Assembly: GCA_963575745.1 (NCBI GenBank)
Contig: CAUYUJ010000231.1
Location: forward strand, 62,001 to 116,543
DNA length: 54,543 nucleotides
Reading direction: 5' to 3'
Source of the DNA: Prorocentrum cordatum
Taxonomy: Eukaryota
A model generated the notes under the pieces. That model saw only the letters and a list, made by a program, of their open reading frames with translations, had not been told where the DNA came from and did no database searches. Within the stretch, counting starts at the first letter, position 1, and every line of letters starts with the position of its first letter. This document shows, one piece after another, positions 23,820-37,217 of this stretch. The position numbers and the translations under genes were made by a program.

Positions 23820-23995
23820 CCTTCGGATGGGAAGGAGGTTGGGGGGGAAGAACCAACTGAGGAGCTGCCACGTCGGATTAGGCCGCGGATTTAGCGGAAT
23901 TCAGCGGGATTTAGCCAGATTATGCGGGATTCAACGGGACTGAACGGAATTAAGCCTGATTTCGGACCAGGACAAAGTCAGAATTTGACATCCTA
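23820..23995. repeat. Dispersed repeat with 10-bp internal periodicity; inverted copy at about 43335-43497
   Basis: gatttcggaccaggacaaagtcagaatttgac here versus gtcaaattctgacctcgccctggtccgaaatc at 43.3 kb, with similarity continuing through gagctgccacg/cgtagcagctc. Confidence 0.7.
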
Positions 23996-26093
23996 CGAGT
24001 TGCATTCTATCGTATATGCGTATCTTTGTCTACCCTAGCCCTCTCCCTATCTTCCGTCCGATCCCCCCATCGTGCGCAAGGGTGTCATCAGAGTTCCGCC
24101 CCGGTACCGCAAAAAGTGGTTGGAAATGAGCGGGTGGGGTCATGAGGATTTTGGAGATGACAGTGGTAATGCGAATTCTGATGATACATGAGACGTCCGT
24201 GATGTCCTAGAGACACTTTTGTGCAGTTCTGCTGGGATGAGATGCCCGAGAAGATTTAGAACGTTTCGAAGGGCGATCTGTCGAACATCATGCGATTTAC
24301 GACGTTGCGCAGCGAGGGAGGATGGAGAGACAAAGGAACGGGGAAGGGAGGCATGTGGGAGTGAGGAAGGAAGGGAGTGATTAAAGTGAAGGGCGTGAGT
24401 GGTGGGGAGGTTAGGCGGGAGGACGGCAGTGGACGGGATAGCGAGGAGGGAAGGGGTGAGGGGAAAATGTGGGAGAGGGGGAAGGATTCAATCAGGGGGG
24501 AACAGGGAGTTGGCTCCAGGCTGCTCGGCCACAGGGGGGGGGGGCAAGCCAGGAGTGGTCTGCCACAGAATGCGAGGGTTGCACGATGGCAGGACTTTCT
24601 GCGGTAAAGGCACGGCCGACAATCTGGATCGTGTGCAGGGGTGGGCTTGAAGAGTTTGGGTTTCTTGTGTTCAGATTGAATTGCCGTGACCAAGATTGGT
24701 GCCGCCGCCCGCAGCACAAGCGCGTCGCAGCAAGTGGACAAGGTGATGTTTTTGGAAAATGTTGGCAGACGATTGTGAAGACCAACAGGGGATTTAGTGC
24801 TTGCCAGGTCTCTGCAATGAATGTTGTCGACGCGAGGTGGAGGAGCTTGAGCAAACAAGGGAGCGACACCCTGCAAAACGAAACTGTGATCGCCCCGGCC
24901 AGACCCCAACCTGGGGAATTGTTATAACTTGTAAACCTCGTGGAGTTTGTCGAAAGCCTCTTGCAGCCATTTGGAGCTCGCGTGAGGTCGTTTAAAAGCC
25001 TTAGGGGGTTCTTGGGGCTTGGTTGGGAGGGATCCATAAGTATGTTCCCTTGTCTGAGGCTGGAAATAGCAACTGGCTCTAGCGGAGCTCTCTTGGGGTG
25101 CTCTTGGGGGCTTTCGGGGCCCTATTGGGCCGACGTTCTGGAAATTGGACGTGCTTGCGGTTGGCATGGCTTGCTAGGTGCTATCATATGGATCGATTCG
25201 TGTATGTTTGAGCCTGATTGTCACCTGCGAGTTGCGGGATTGCTACCTACGCGTCGCATTCCGCAGTGCAGTAATGCAATGGCTGTACGGTCGGTTTCGC
25301 CGACGTTGTACAGAGATCTGCCAGAACGCAGAAGGTGGTAGGGGGCAGGGGCAGTGCATGTCAGGAGGGCGAGGAGGAGTCGGAGGGAATTGCGACTATC
25401 GATCAGGTCGGAGACGACGGCGGGGATCAGGGGTCAGAGCATGTGTGCAAGCAGGGGGCGGGAGATCTGGACATCAGGCGGAGCGGGCGGGACAGCCGAG
25501 GGAGTGCAGCAGCCGGTATCGTCAGCACCACCGGGAGGAGTGGGAGGAGCGTTTCAGGCGTGCGGGCCGCAGGGGAGGGAGCACGCGCAGGAGAGGCGTG
25601 ATATTCACGAGGGAGGGTACGATAATGTCAACGGAGACGGTCCAAGCGAGTGTTGCGTTTTGGTTTTGCCCTGCAGCTGGGCCGTCCAGGGGACGAGGGG
25701 GGAGAGGAGGAGGGATCAAGGAGGCAGAGCACGAGGAGGAGGAGGCGGCGTCTTGCTTGTCTCTTTGGGGGTTGCTGGGGCCTCGTAGGGGGCCTCCTGC
25801 GGGCGCGTTGGGGGCCTCTTGAGAGGTTATTGTGGTGTCTTTTGGGCCTCTTGTGGTTTCCCGCATCCGTCTACCATCTGTCTACAACCTCGATCATCTG
25901 AGCATCTGAAGCATTTTGCCTCCTCCACCTCCTCCCCCCTGGAGGCGCCCGCTGCGGCCGCGGCAACCTCTTAGTTGCTGTCTCTGCCCACGCGTCCTTC
26001 ATGGATGCACGGCTTCTTTGCTCTGCGTTGCTTGTGGCTTTCCCGGGCCGTCTTGCGGGGCAGCGCCTTGGCGTTTCTGACGCCTGCGGGAAG

Positions 26094-26119
26094 GCCGTCC
26101 TGGGACGCCACCTCTGGAG
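26094..26119 (+). CDS. Candidate micro-exon AVLGRHLW(R)
   Basis: ggaag|GCC GTC CTG GGA CGC CAC CTC TGG AG|gcgcgc, phase 0 to 2, linking exon 20153-20257 to exon 30396-30423. Confidence 0.4.
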
Positions 26120-26430
26120 GCGCGCGGGTGGCCCCTGTGGGGGGGGCGCTGCGCGGCTGTGTGCGGAGGGTCCCTCTCGGGGTGCGGGGAGGAGCAGCAT
26201 CTCCGTCCCAGGTTGAGCAGGAGGGGAGGCAAGCACACAGGCACAATTGATCGTCGGTTCCCTGGAAAACATGGGAAACTATGGGAAGTGGGGGGGAAGA
26301 CAAAACAGAACATATGGGAACATATGGGGAATCCCGTTGTGTGTGTGTGTGTGTCTATTTTTGTGTGTGTGTGTGTGTGCGTGTGCGTGTGCGTGTGCGT
26401 GTGCGTGTGCGTGTGCGTGTGCGTGTGCGT

Positions 26431-26501
<71 letters not shown>

Positions 26502-26546
26502 TGTCCCTGGGCCATAAGCAATTGTTGGTAACGCGTTGTGGGTGCC

Positions 26547-28457
26547 GCTTTCGGTGGGGCTCCATATGGGGCCACGAAGCGCTGCCTTGGATGGGGGAAC
26601 CGCATGCGGACTGCGCCACCGGGGCGGGCCTTCGGTGGAGCTCCCTATGGGGCCACGAAACGCTGCCCTGGGTGGGGGAACCGCATGCGAACTGCGCCAC
26701 TGGGGCCTTCGGTGGAGCTCCCTATGGGGCCACGAAGCGCTGCCCTGGGTGGGGGAACCGCATGCGAACACCCCCACTGGGGCCTTCGGTGGAGCTCCCT
26801 ATGGGGCCACGAAACGCTGCCCTGGGTGGGGGAACCGCATGCGAACACCCCCACTGGGGCCTTCGGTGGAGCTCCCTATGGGGCCACGAAACGCTGCCCT
26901 GGGTGGGGGAACCGCATGCGAACACCCCCACTGGGGCCTTCGGTGGAGCTCCCTATGGGGCTACGAAACGCTGCCCTGGGTGGGGGAACCGCATGCGAAC
27001 ACCCCCACTGGGGCCTTCGGTGGAGCTCCCTATGGGGCCACGAAACGCTGCCCTGGGTGGGGGAACCGCATGCGAACACCCCCACTGGGGCCTTCGGTGG
27101 AGCTCCCTATGGGGCTACGAAACGCTGCCCTGGGTGGGGGAACCGCATGCGAACACCCCCACTGGGGCCTTCGGTGGAGCTCCCTATGGGGCCACGAAAC
27201 GCTGCCCTGGGTGGGGGAACCGCATGCGAACACCCCCACTGGGGCCTTCGGTGGAGCTCCCTATGGGGCCACGAAACGCTGCCCTGGGTGGGGGAACCGC
27301 ATGCGAACACCCCCACTGGGGCCTTCGGTGGAGCTCCCTATGGGGCTACGAAACGCTGCCCTGGGTGGGGGAACCGCATGCGAACACCCCCACTGGGGCC
27401 TTCGGTGGAGCTCCCTATGGGGCCACGAAACGCTGCCCTGGGTGGGGGAACCGCATGCGAACACCCCCACTGGGGCCTTCGGTGGAGCTCCCTATGGGGC
27501 TACGAAACGCTGCCCTGGGTGGGGGAACCGCATGCGAACACCCCCCTGGGGCCTTCGGTGGAGCTGCCCTGGGGCCTTCGGTGGAGCTCCCTATGGGGCT
27601 ACGAAACGCTGCCCTGGGTGGGGGAACCGCATGCGAACACCCCCACTGGGGCCTTCGGTGGAGCTCCCTATGGGGCTACGAAACGCTGCCCTGGGTGGGG
27701 GAACCGCATGCGAACACCCCCACTGGGGCCTTCGGTGGAGCTCCCTATGGGGCCACGAAACGCTGCCCTGGGTGGGGGAACCGCATGCGAACACCCCCAC
27801 TGGGGCCTTCGGTGGAGCTCCCTATGGGGCCACGAAACGCTGCCCTGGGTGGGGGAACCGCATGCGAACACCCCCACTGGGGCCTTCGGTGGAGCTCCCT
27901 ATGGGGCTACGAAACGCTGCCCTGGGTGGGGGAACCGCATGCGAACACCCCCACTGGGGCCTTCGGTGGAGCTCCCTATGGGGCCACGAAACGCTGCCCT
28001 GGGTGGGGGAACCGCATGCGAACACCCCCACTGGGGCCTTCGGTGGAGCTCCCTATGGGGCCACGAAACGCTGCCCTGGGTGGGGGAACCGCATGCGAAC
28101 ACCCCCACTGGGGCCTTCGGTGGAGCTCCCTATGGGGCTACGAAACGCTGCCCTGGGTGGGGGAACCGCATGCGAACACCCCCACTGGGGCCTTCGGTGG
28201 AGCTCCCTATGGGGCCACGAAACGCTGCCCTGGGTGGGGGAACCGCATGCGAACACCCCCACTGGGGCCTTCGGTGGAGCTCCCTATGGGGCTACGAAAC
28301 GCTGCCCTGGGTGGGGGAACCGCATGCGAACACCCCCACTGGGGCCTTCGGTGGAGCTCCCTATGGGGCCACGAAACGCTGCCCTGGGTGGGGGAACCGC
28401 ATGCGAACACCCCCACTGGGGCCTTCGGTGGAGCTCCCTATGGGGCTACGAAACGCG
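26547..28457 (+). repeat. 77-bp minisatellite, 25 units, highly homogeneous, with a 22-bp internal duplication near 27545-27575
   Basis: Unit ggggccttcggtggagctccctatggggc(c/t)acgaaacgctgccctgggtgggggaaccgcatgcgaacacccccact. The 77-bp period is confirmed by the spacing of antisense ORFs. There are no unique spacers. Confidence 0.97.
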
Positions 28458-28651
28458 TGAGAGGTGAGCCGAGAGCAGAGGCAAGGAGGGGGAGGAGGAG
28501 GAGGAGAGGAGAGGAACGCGGGGCACCGTCTCTTCAAAACGAGGACCCAACACCACAGGATGGTTGGGAATTATCAAAACATAGTTTCAACTATTTTTGT
28601 CGCTATTTTTGGATCAGAGCTTGCCTCTGTAGGGGTCCTAGCGGATTCATA

Positions 28652-28940
28652 TGGTTAGGTTAGGTTTGTCGCCGATTTTCGCGGCACGCCCGGTTGCCCG
28701 GGTGGCCGGGGGTGCCCGGGGTCCAGGTGCCCGGGGGGTGCCCGGGGGTGCCCGGGTGCCCGGGTGCCCAGGTGCTCGGACATGTCCGGGCGTGCCCGGG
28801 GGTGCCCGGGGGTGCCCTGTAGCCCTAGCCCTAAAGCCCAACAGCCCTATAGCCCTACATTTCTATAGCCCTATAGCTCTATAGCCCTATAGCTCAATAG
28901 CCCTATAACCCCATAGCCCCCTAGCCCTATAGCCCTGATT
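28652..28940 (+). repeat. Composite repeat: ggttaggttagg, then (GTGCCCGGG)n, then (ATAGCCCT)n
   Basis: Seen directly. Confidence 0.7.
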
Positions 28941-30395
28941 GTTTTTTTTCTCCGGCATCATTTTGTGACTATTTTTGAGCGTTCCTCCAACATCCGCCTG
29001 TAAGGGGGACACGCCCAACCTAGTTTTGAGCAGGGTCCTCGCTGTCCGCGCCGCCGCGGGCGTTTGCCCAGTTGAGAGAGAGAAGGCCGCCTGCCCAGCA
29101 GCGGCCGCTGCCTGTGTTGGACTTTGGACAGGGCAGCACCCGCGGTTGGGCATCGTGCCCACTTGCTCCGTACCCACTCCGGGCGTCCGAAAGGCTCTGG
29201 ACAAGGGGCCTCCAAATGTCCCTCGGGGGAGCATGCTGCTTCGCACGAGTTCGGTGCCAATGAAGTGAAGCTGAAGCGGATCAGTCTTGCAGGTGTCGTA
29301 GAAGCTATGCTGCTTCTTTGTGATGGTGGGCCAGCTGTGATGCCAGCCCGTGCCCACTCCGTCCCGTCTCCAGGGCAGGGCAGCATCCGTTGTTGGACAT
29401 CGTATTCATGTGCTCCGTACCCATTCTGGGCGTCCGAAAGGCTGTGGACCAGGGGCCTCCAAATGTCCTTCTGGGTCAGGCGATCGCAAACCTGGATCAA
29501 GGGGGCGTGGTCGAGCGAAGGGTCCGTGTCCATGGGAAATCGCAGGTTTCCGCCGCCGAGCGAGGCGGCACCGGCCGCACTCACGATCCATGGATTTGGC
29601 GACCGCGCGCCAAATCCATGGATCGCTAATCCATGTTTGCGCGCCCCCGATTGGGGTCTCGCACGGGAGGCCTTCTGAACTAAACAAAATCGGCGGCGAG
29701 CGAGGGGGGAAGTGAGAAGGAGAAGGCTTTCTCAGAAGGCGGCGGAACTTCTCAGAAGCCCTGCGGCCTTCTGAGAGATGTTCTGCGTCTCCAGGGAAGG
29801 CTGAGGAAACTTTTCAGAATGCTGGGGGACTGAGCCGTCTGAGAAGGCCTGCCCCTTCTCCTCATGTCCCCTTGGTTCACGCCGAAAAAAGAGCTGCAGA
29901 CGTGTGTTTCCCCCTCTCGTTTTCCATTACCAGAAAGGATTATATAAAAAACGACACCTTGGAATGTGGACGTCAGCCAGGCGGCACTGTGATACCTAAA
30001 ACACCCCAAAACACCGTGGCCTTGCGAATGGTCAGAACACCAGCAGGTGGGTCACGGGCCGATCCCAGACCTGAACGCGCAACGAAACCAGTCCTACAAC
30101 GGAAAGAAGTTCAGATCTTGAGAACGGGAACAAAACAGCGGTTTTCAGATCATGTAAGGAGGGGGGGTCTCCTGGAGACCTCTTGGAGACCTCTTTTTGG
30201 CCGGGGCCTCCTGGCGGTCTCGGAGGCCCTCTCGAGGTGGAGGGCTGCAGGTGTCAGTTCGTGTTCCTCCCCCCCCCTTCCGGGGCCGCTGCGGCTCTTC
30301 TCGTCCCGCCCAAGTGGGTGCGGCTCCACCCGCAGTAGAGCCGGATGGACGCTCGCTCGCGTCTGGGGCCGAACATGTCCAGCCTCGGCTGCCAG

Positions 30396-30423
30396 GCAGA
30401 GGGTGACCGCGCTGGCGACGAAG
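30396..30423 (+). CDS. Candidate micro-exon (R)QRVTALATK
   Basis: ctgccag|G CAG AGG GTG ACC GCG CTG GCG ACG AAG|gcatga, with a GC donor and all codons GC3. Confidence 0.45.
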
Positions 30424-30571
30424 GCATGAACGGGGTTTCCGATGGAGCGAATCGTGCCACCATGCCAGAGGAGGGGGAAGGAGGGACGCGGCCGAAGGGA
30501 AAACGAGGACGGGACGGGCGGACGGCCGAAGACATAGAGAAATATGGTGTGTGTGTGTGTGTCTGTGTGTC

Positions 30572-30611
<40 letters not shown>

Positions 30612-30865
30612 CGTGTGCGTGTGCGTGTGCGTGTGCGTGTGCGTGTGCGTGTGCGTGTGCGTGTGCGTGTGCGTGTGCGTGTGCGTGTGCGTGTGCGTGT
30701 GCGTGTGCGTGTGCGTGTGTGTGTGTGTGTGTGTTCAGGGGCTCGTGGCGTCTGGAAGAAGAAGAAGCTCACGCGGGCTGGCCCTGGAACGCCCGAGAGC
30801 GTGCCTGAAAATTCGGCCCCTCGCTTGCGCCGGGAATCCGAAGGTACTCGAAGACGCTTCACCAA

Positions 30866-31074
30866 GTCGGCGGCGAGCGAGGGGGGGAAGTGAGGAGGAG
30901 AAGGCCTTCTCAGAAGAAGGCGGCGGGGCTTCTCAGAAGCCCCTCAGCCTTCCGAGAAGTGTTCTGTGCCTTTCTGGGGAAAGCTCAGAGAACTACTCAG
31001 AAGGCTGGGGGACGTCCGAGCCGTCCGAGAAGGCCCGCCCCTTCTCACTTGCCCCCCATCGCCCGCCGCCGACT
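30866..31074. mobile_element. MITE with long TIRs and internal ttctcagaag repeats; relatives at about 29690-29870 and 16526-16640
   Basis: agtcggcggcgagcgaggggggaagtgagg pairs with ttctcacttgccccccatcgcccgccgccgact. Confidence 0.75.
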
Positions 31075-32425
31075 ACGTGCCAAGGGCACGGTGCTGGACT
31101 TGAATGGAAGGCACTGCGCAGTTTCACTTTCAGCGCGCAGGCATCTTTGACAGGCGCAACTCCAGGAAGGGGGGTGCGTAACGAGTGGATGGTCAAAGGA
31201 CCAAGCTGAGCAGCGTGTTGCCGTGGCGGCTGAGCGGGGTACACGACCAGGGGTGATGGCGGCAGGCGATGGGAGGGCGTGGGGAGGGGAAACGAGTGGA
31301 CAGGATGGGGAGGGAGGAGCATATGTTCCCTCTCCATCTCCTCGGCCTTCCTGCAAGGATCCGCCAAACCGGAACATGCTCCAGCAGGTCGCTGCGCAGC
31401 CATTGTTGCGTTGTGAGCCCCCGACGCTACACGAGTGGTTCTTCTTGGATGCTCGTTTTGCGGACCCTCCTCGGACTCACTCAATGGATCTGTTCGGGCA
31501 TTGTTTGACTCTAGTCTTAAGTCGGGCCTGTCCCTCTACAGGGGGAATATTCAACAATAGTCTGGTGACGATGTTTCTACTATGTTTGACTATTTGGTGC
31601 ATTTTTGGAGTATTCTAATTTTTCTTGTCCAAAACCCCCCTGTAGGGGGACATGCCCGACCTAACTCTAGTTCGGCTCCAGCTCAACGCAATTTCGGTTC
31701 GAGCTCGATTCGGGTCGGCGGACATTCTACGCAGCATCGACGCGTGTTGGGTGCGAGTGGCTCCTGGGAGGCCCCCAGCGCGAGCATCCAGTCCTCCCGC
31801 CTCTCCCTGCTTTGGGCCTCATCGCCCCTCATCCCTCCTCTGTCCTTTCCCTCTCGTCCTCCTCCTTCCTCCTCCTCCTCCTCCTCCTCCTCCTCCTCCT
31901 CATCGTCCCCCTCCTCCTCCTCCTCCTCCTCCTCCACCTCCTCCTCCTCCTCCTCCTCCTCCTCCTCCTCCTCCTCCTCCGGGGCACGAAGGGCGCGCGC
32001 TTCTCGCGCCCCGCGAATCCGCCCCCCCCCCGCCAAAAGCAGGGCCCGGAGACCAGCCCCCGCGGGCGCCCTCGCCGTCGCCCTCCCCGCGCGGGCGGCC
32101 CCGCCCAAGTCTGCCCTCCACTTCGGCGGCATGTGCACCTTGGCACTTGTTTCTCGGCGAGGGCTATCGAGGAGCATCCTCCTCCTCCTCCTCCTCCTCC
32201 TCACCCTCCTCCTCCCCCTCCTCCTCCTGCTCCTGCTCCTCCTCCTACCCTCTAGGACCTGCCCCCCTCGTGCGGGCCTTGCCACGTCTTCTTGATCATC
32301 TGGCAACAAAGAAACACGCGCGAAACCAAAACGTGCACGGGGAATGGTGATCGTTTTCTTCTTCACCTGTTTTGCCGATCGGCGCGGGCCCTCGCACGTC
32401 CCCCCTCCCCCCGCCCCCCCTGGAG

Positions 32426-32461
32426 GAGATCTTGGCTGCTTTTGGCGCCCGTTTCAAGCAG
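32426..32461 (+). CDS. Candidate exon EILAAFGARFKQ (may extend to 32481, adding VESLPPR)
   Basis: C-rich tract, then tggag|GAG ATC TTG GCT GCT TTT GGC GCC CGT TTC AAG CAG|gtggag, in phase with exon 30396-30423. Confidence 0.45.
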
Positions 32462-32694
32462 GTGGAGTCCCTCCCCCCGAGGACGCACGGTTCCAAACAG
32501 TTGCACTAAGCAGAGGTCCGGAGCCAGACCCCAACCCTCCCCCCCCTTTCCGCCCACTGTCGAAACGCCGAATGAGAAAACGCTCACGTGGACGTCCGGG
32601 TAATAGCAAGCTGTGCCCGTGGGCGTCCCCGCACCGCGCGAGCGTGGGCCGGCCGACCGCGCCGCCTGCGCGCGGGGCCGCAACGCCAACGAAA

Positions 32695-34377
<1,683 letters not shown>

Positions 34378-36499
34378 GGTCGGCCTTGCACCTGGGATGC
34401 CCCATCCCCCGCACTGGGCCCCGCCGCCGCTGGACACCTGGCGCAGCAGCCGCCGCGGGCCCGCTGGCGGGGCAGGCCCGCGACACACGCTCGGGGCGTG
34501 GCCCGTTCCCTTGAGCAGCCTCGCTCCCTTCCCGCCCCCCTTTTTCGGCCGCGTCCTCTGCCCTCTCCCCTCCTCCTGCATGGTGGCACAATTCGCTACA
34601 ACGGCACCACCGCTTAGGTGGCCCTCCTCCAGCGCAGTTGCCCTGCCTAGCCGCCGACGCAAGAAGTGCGTGTGTGTGTGAATGCGGTCGGACCGAGGTA
34701 TAAGATCGAGGTCGGTTCTGGGAGGGTACCCACGGTTCTGCGTGATTGATTGATGTTCTCGTGCATCCTGGGGAAGGGCACCCTCGAATGCTCTGCGTGT
34801 GTTTGGCTGGCGGAGGGCCATGTTCTCGAGAAATGTTCTTATATCCTAGGTCTGAGTGTATGGGCGAATTCAGTGTCTGTCCCCACGCCGTGTGATCGAG
34901 GCTGGCCGCGCGCGTCTCTCCGCCCTGATTGCTACGCCGCGCCGTTTGTGCGCGGGGCCGCGACGTCAACGAAAGTGTGCGTGTATGTTGCGTGTGTGCG
35001 TTATTGTGTGTGTGTCTGTGTGTGTGTGTTGAACGCGGTCGGACTGAGGTACAACATCGAGACCGGTTCGGGGAGGGTGCCCTAATGCTTTTCGTGTTTG
35101 TTGGATGTTCTTGTACATTCTGAGGGCCGGTGATTTTATGGTTTGGGGTGCTTTTGGCTGGCGGAGGGTCCCATGGTTTTGGAAGCTGTTCTTCTGCCCT
35201 GGGTCTGGCCGTACGCACGCAGTTCCCCACCTTCTAGGTGTGGGATGGGGGGCTTGGCGTACAGGGTCCGGCTTGAATAGGGAGCACTTCTTTTTCAAAA
35301 GGGGCCCGGCCGTTCCTTTGGTTCGCATGTTTTCCGCTACCTTTTTGGCGGCGAGCCTCTCTGGTGTTCCTTCGGGCTCCCTAGACTTCTTTGGAACAAA
35401 AGGGGCTTCTTTCCTTATTTATCGTTCCTTAGGTCAGGTCGACTACTGTATGCGGCTGGGCCGGGCTGTTCTGAGTTCTGCCCGCCGCATCTCGGGGGGT
35501 ATAGAGATTCGGTGGCCCGGCGGTTCTGAAGGTCTCCCGCATTGCCTAAGGCCACAGGGAAACAAAAAGGTAATTAACATAGTCCCCCCCTCCGCCTCTG
35601 GCCCCGTGCTGCCCTGGGCAGGACCTCTCTTCCGCCACAAGGCGCCCCGAGAGGGGGCGAAGGAGAAGAGGGGAGTCCACGAGGGGGCCCAGCATGATTC
35701 CCACCCCCCCTCGCTATGATGGTGAATGGGGTGCTCCCTCCGTGGCAGCCATGGGCCCCCCTCCCAAGTAGGGAGGCCGTGGCCCCGCCGTGGGACGCCC
35801 CCACGCCTGGCCATGCAGACGGTAGACGAACCGCTGGGAGTCCTGAGTGCTCCGTGGGGCGCAGGCGTGGCTGGAAACGCAGACGATGAGCGAACCACTG
35901 GGATTCCTAAATAGAAGCGGCACGCACCACTCGATGGAGCTTCTCGTGGATGGGAATTCAGGCAGCAGAGCATCCCCTGGAATTCCCAAAGGATCCGTGG
36001 GGCGCCGCCGTGCCTGGAAATACAAGAGGCGAGCGAGCCACCGGAATTCCTAAGCAGGAGCTGCGCGCGCCACTGGGCTGGGCTGTGCATCCTGTGGACG
36101 GCGGATCGCCCCAGAAAGGGTCCTCTCCTCCTCTCTCTCGGTGCTGCTTGCGTCCGATTCCACACGCCCTGTGAGGAAAACAATTGCTCTCAAATGCAAC
36201 TTCCCCGTCTCTTCCTTCCTCTCTTCCTCTCCCTGGGCACGGCGTGTATCCCGGTTCCACGCGCCAAGTGAGGAAACATTCTGCTCTCAATGTGTCGCAT
36301 GAGGGCAGTTAGTACGCGAAGCTGAAAGGCAATGCTCGGGAACCGACCGATGCCTGCTGACCACACGCACCCCCGAAAAAAGGGCCACACTTTGTTGTGG
36401 CGTGTTGGGGTTCTAGCCCAGTGGGGAAGGCCACCGAACGCGCCGAGGCGTGATTAACAAATCCTCTGGCGTGCTGGAAATCAGGTGCGCACCAGATAA

Positions 36500-36650
36500 G
36501 GGGGGCGTTCACTCAATGTTTGCATCTGCCTTTCAGAAAAGACACATCCTGGCCCCTGCCTGTCAGACAAGGGGAGGCGTTCACTCAATGTTTGCCCCTG
36601 CCTGTCCGACAATGGGGGGCGTTCACTCAATGTTTGCCCCTGCCTTTTCG
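36500..36650 (+). repeat. Three units sharing ggcgttcactcaatgtttgc..ctgcct
   Basis: Direct repeats at about 36500, 36575 and 36615. Confidence 0.75.
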
Positions 36651-37217
36651 TGCGAAAGGCGTCCGAGAAGGATATTTCTCAACATGGCCTGCAAAACATT
36701 GATGACAGAAGCTAAGTTGGTCTGTAGGGGGAGACCTTGCTCCTCCTCCTCCTCCTCCTCCTTTGGGCGGTGCATTCGCTGCCACATAATGTGGTTCCCC
36801 GCGAGTTCCAGCGAAGTCATCCTCTCGGTGGTGCGTGGCGAGACCCACACCTGTGCATGTAACAGAGACATGTGCCCGATCGTCATGTGGTTTTCCGACC
36901 ACTGCTGGATTGTGGTGCTCGTAATCGCCGTGTTCGTTGCTCTCCTTCGTGGCCTCCTCCTTCGTGACCTCCACCTCGTCGCACTCCATCGTGGCCACGA
37001 CGTCCTTAGTGTCCTTCGTGGTCTCCACCTTCGTGACCTTCTCCTGCGTGGCCGCCACCTTCGTGACCTCCACCTTCGTGGCCGCCACCTCGTCCGCCTC
37101 TTCGCACTCGTCGTCCTCTTCGAACTGTTCGTCCCCTTTCACGTCGTCGATGCTCACCTCCGCCTCGTAGCTGTCGTTCACTCAAGTGCCAGATGCTGAA
37201 AGATGGGAGACCAGCCG

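Noticed and set aside
24256..25822. Several 130-217 aa ORFs in unique-looking sequence (similarly 6564-7028 and 18299-18820)
   Set aside because: No recognisable motifs or consistent codon bias. They may be decayed transposon DNA, but I cannot support a call.
26547..28457. CRISPR array, or 640-834 aa repeat proteins
   Set aside because: Units are contiguous and near-identical with no unique spacers or cas genes. The long ORFs arise because the 77-bp unit has no + strand stop, so each frame cycles through all three translations.
28425..28465. Minimal hammerhead ribozyme (stem followed by CGAAACGCGT)
   Set aside because: The GAAAC half is present but the required CUGANGA box is not (cggtgga occupies that position).
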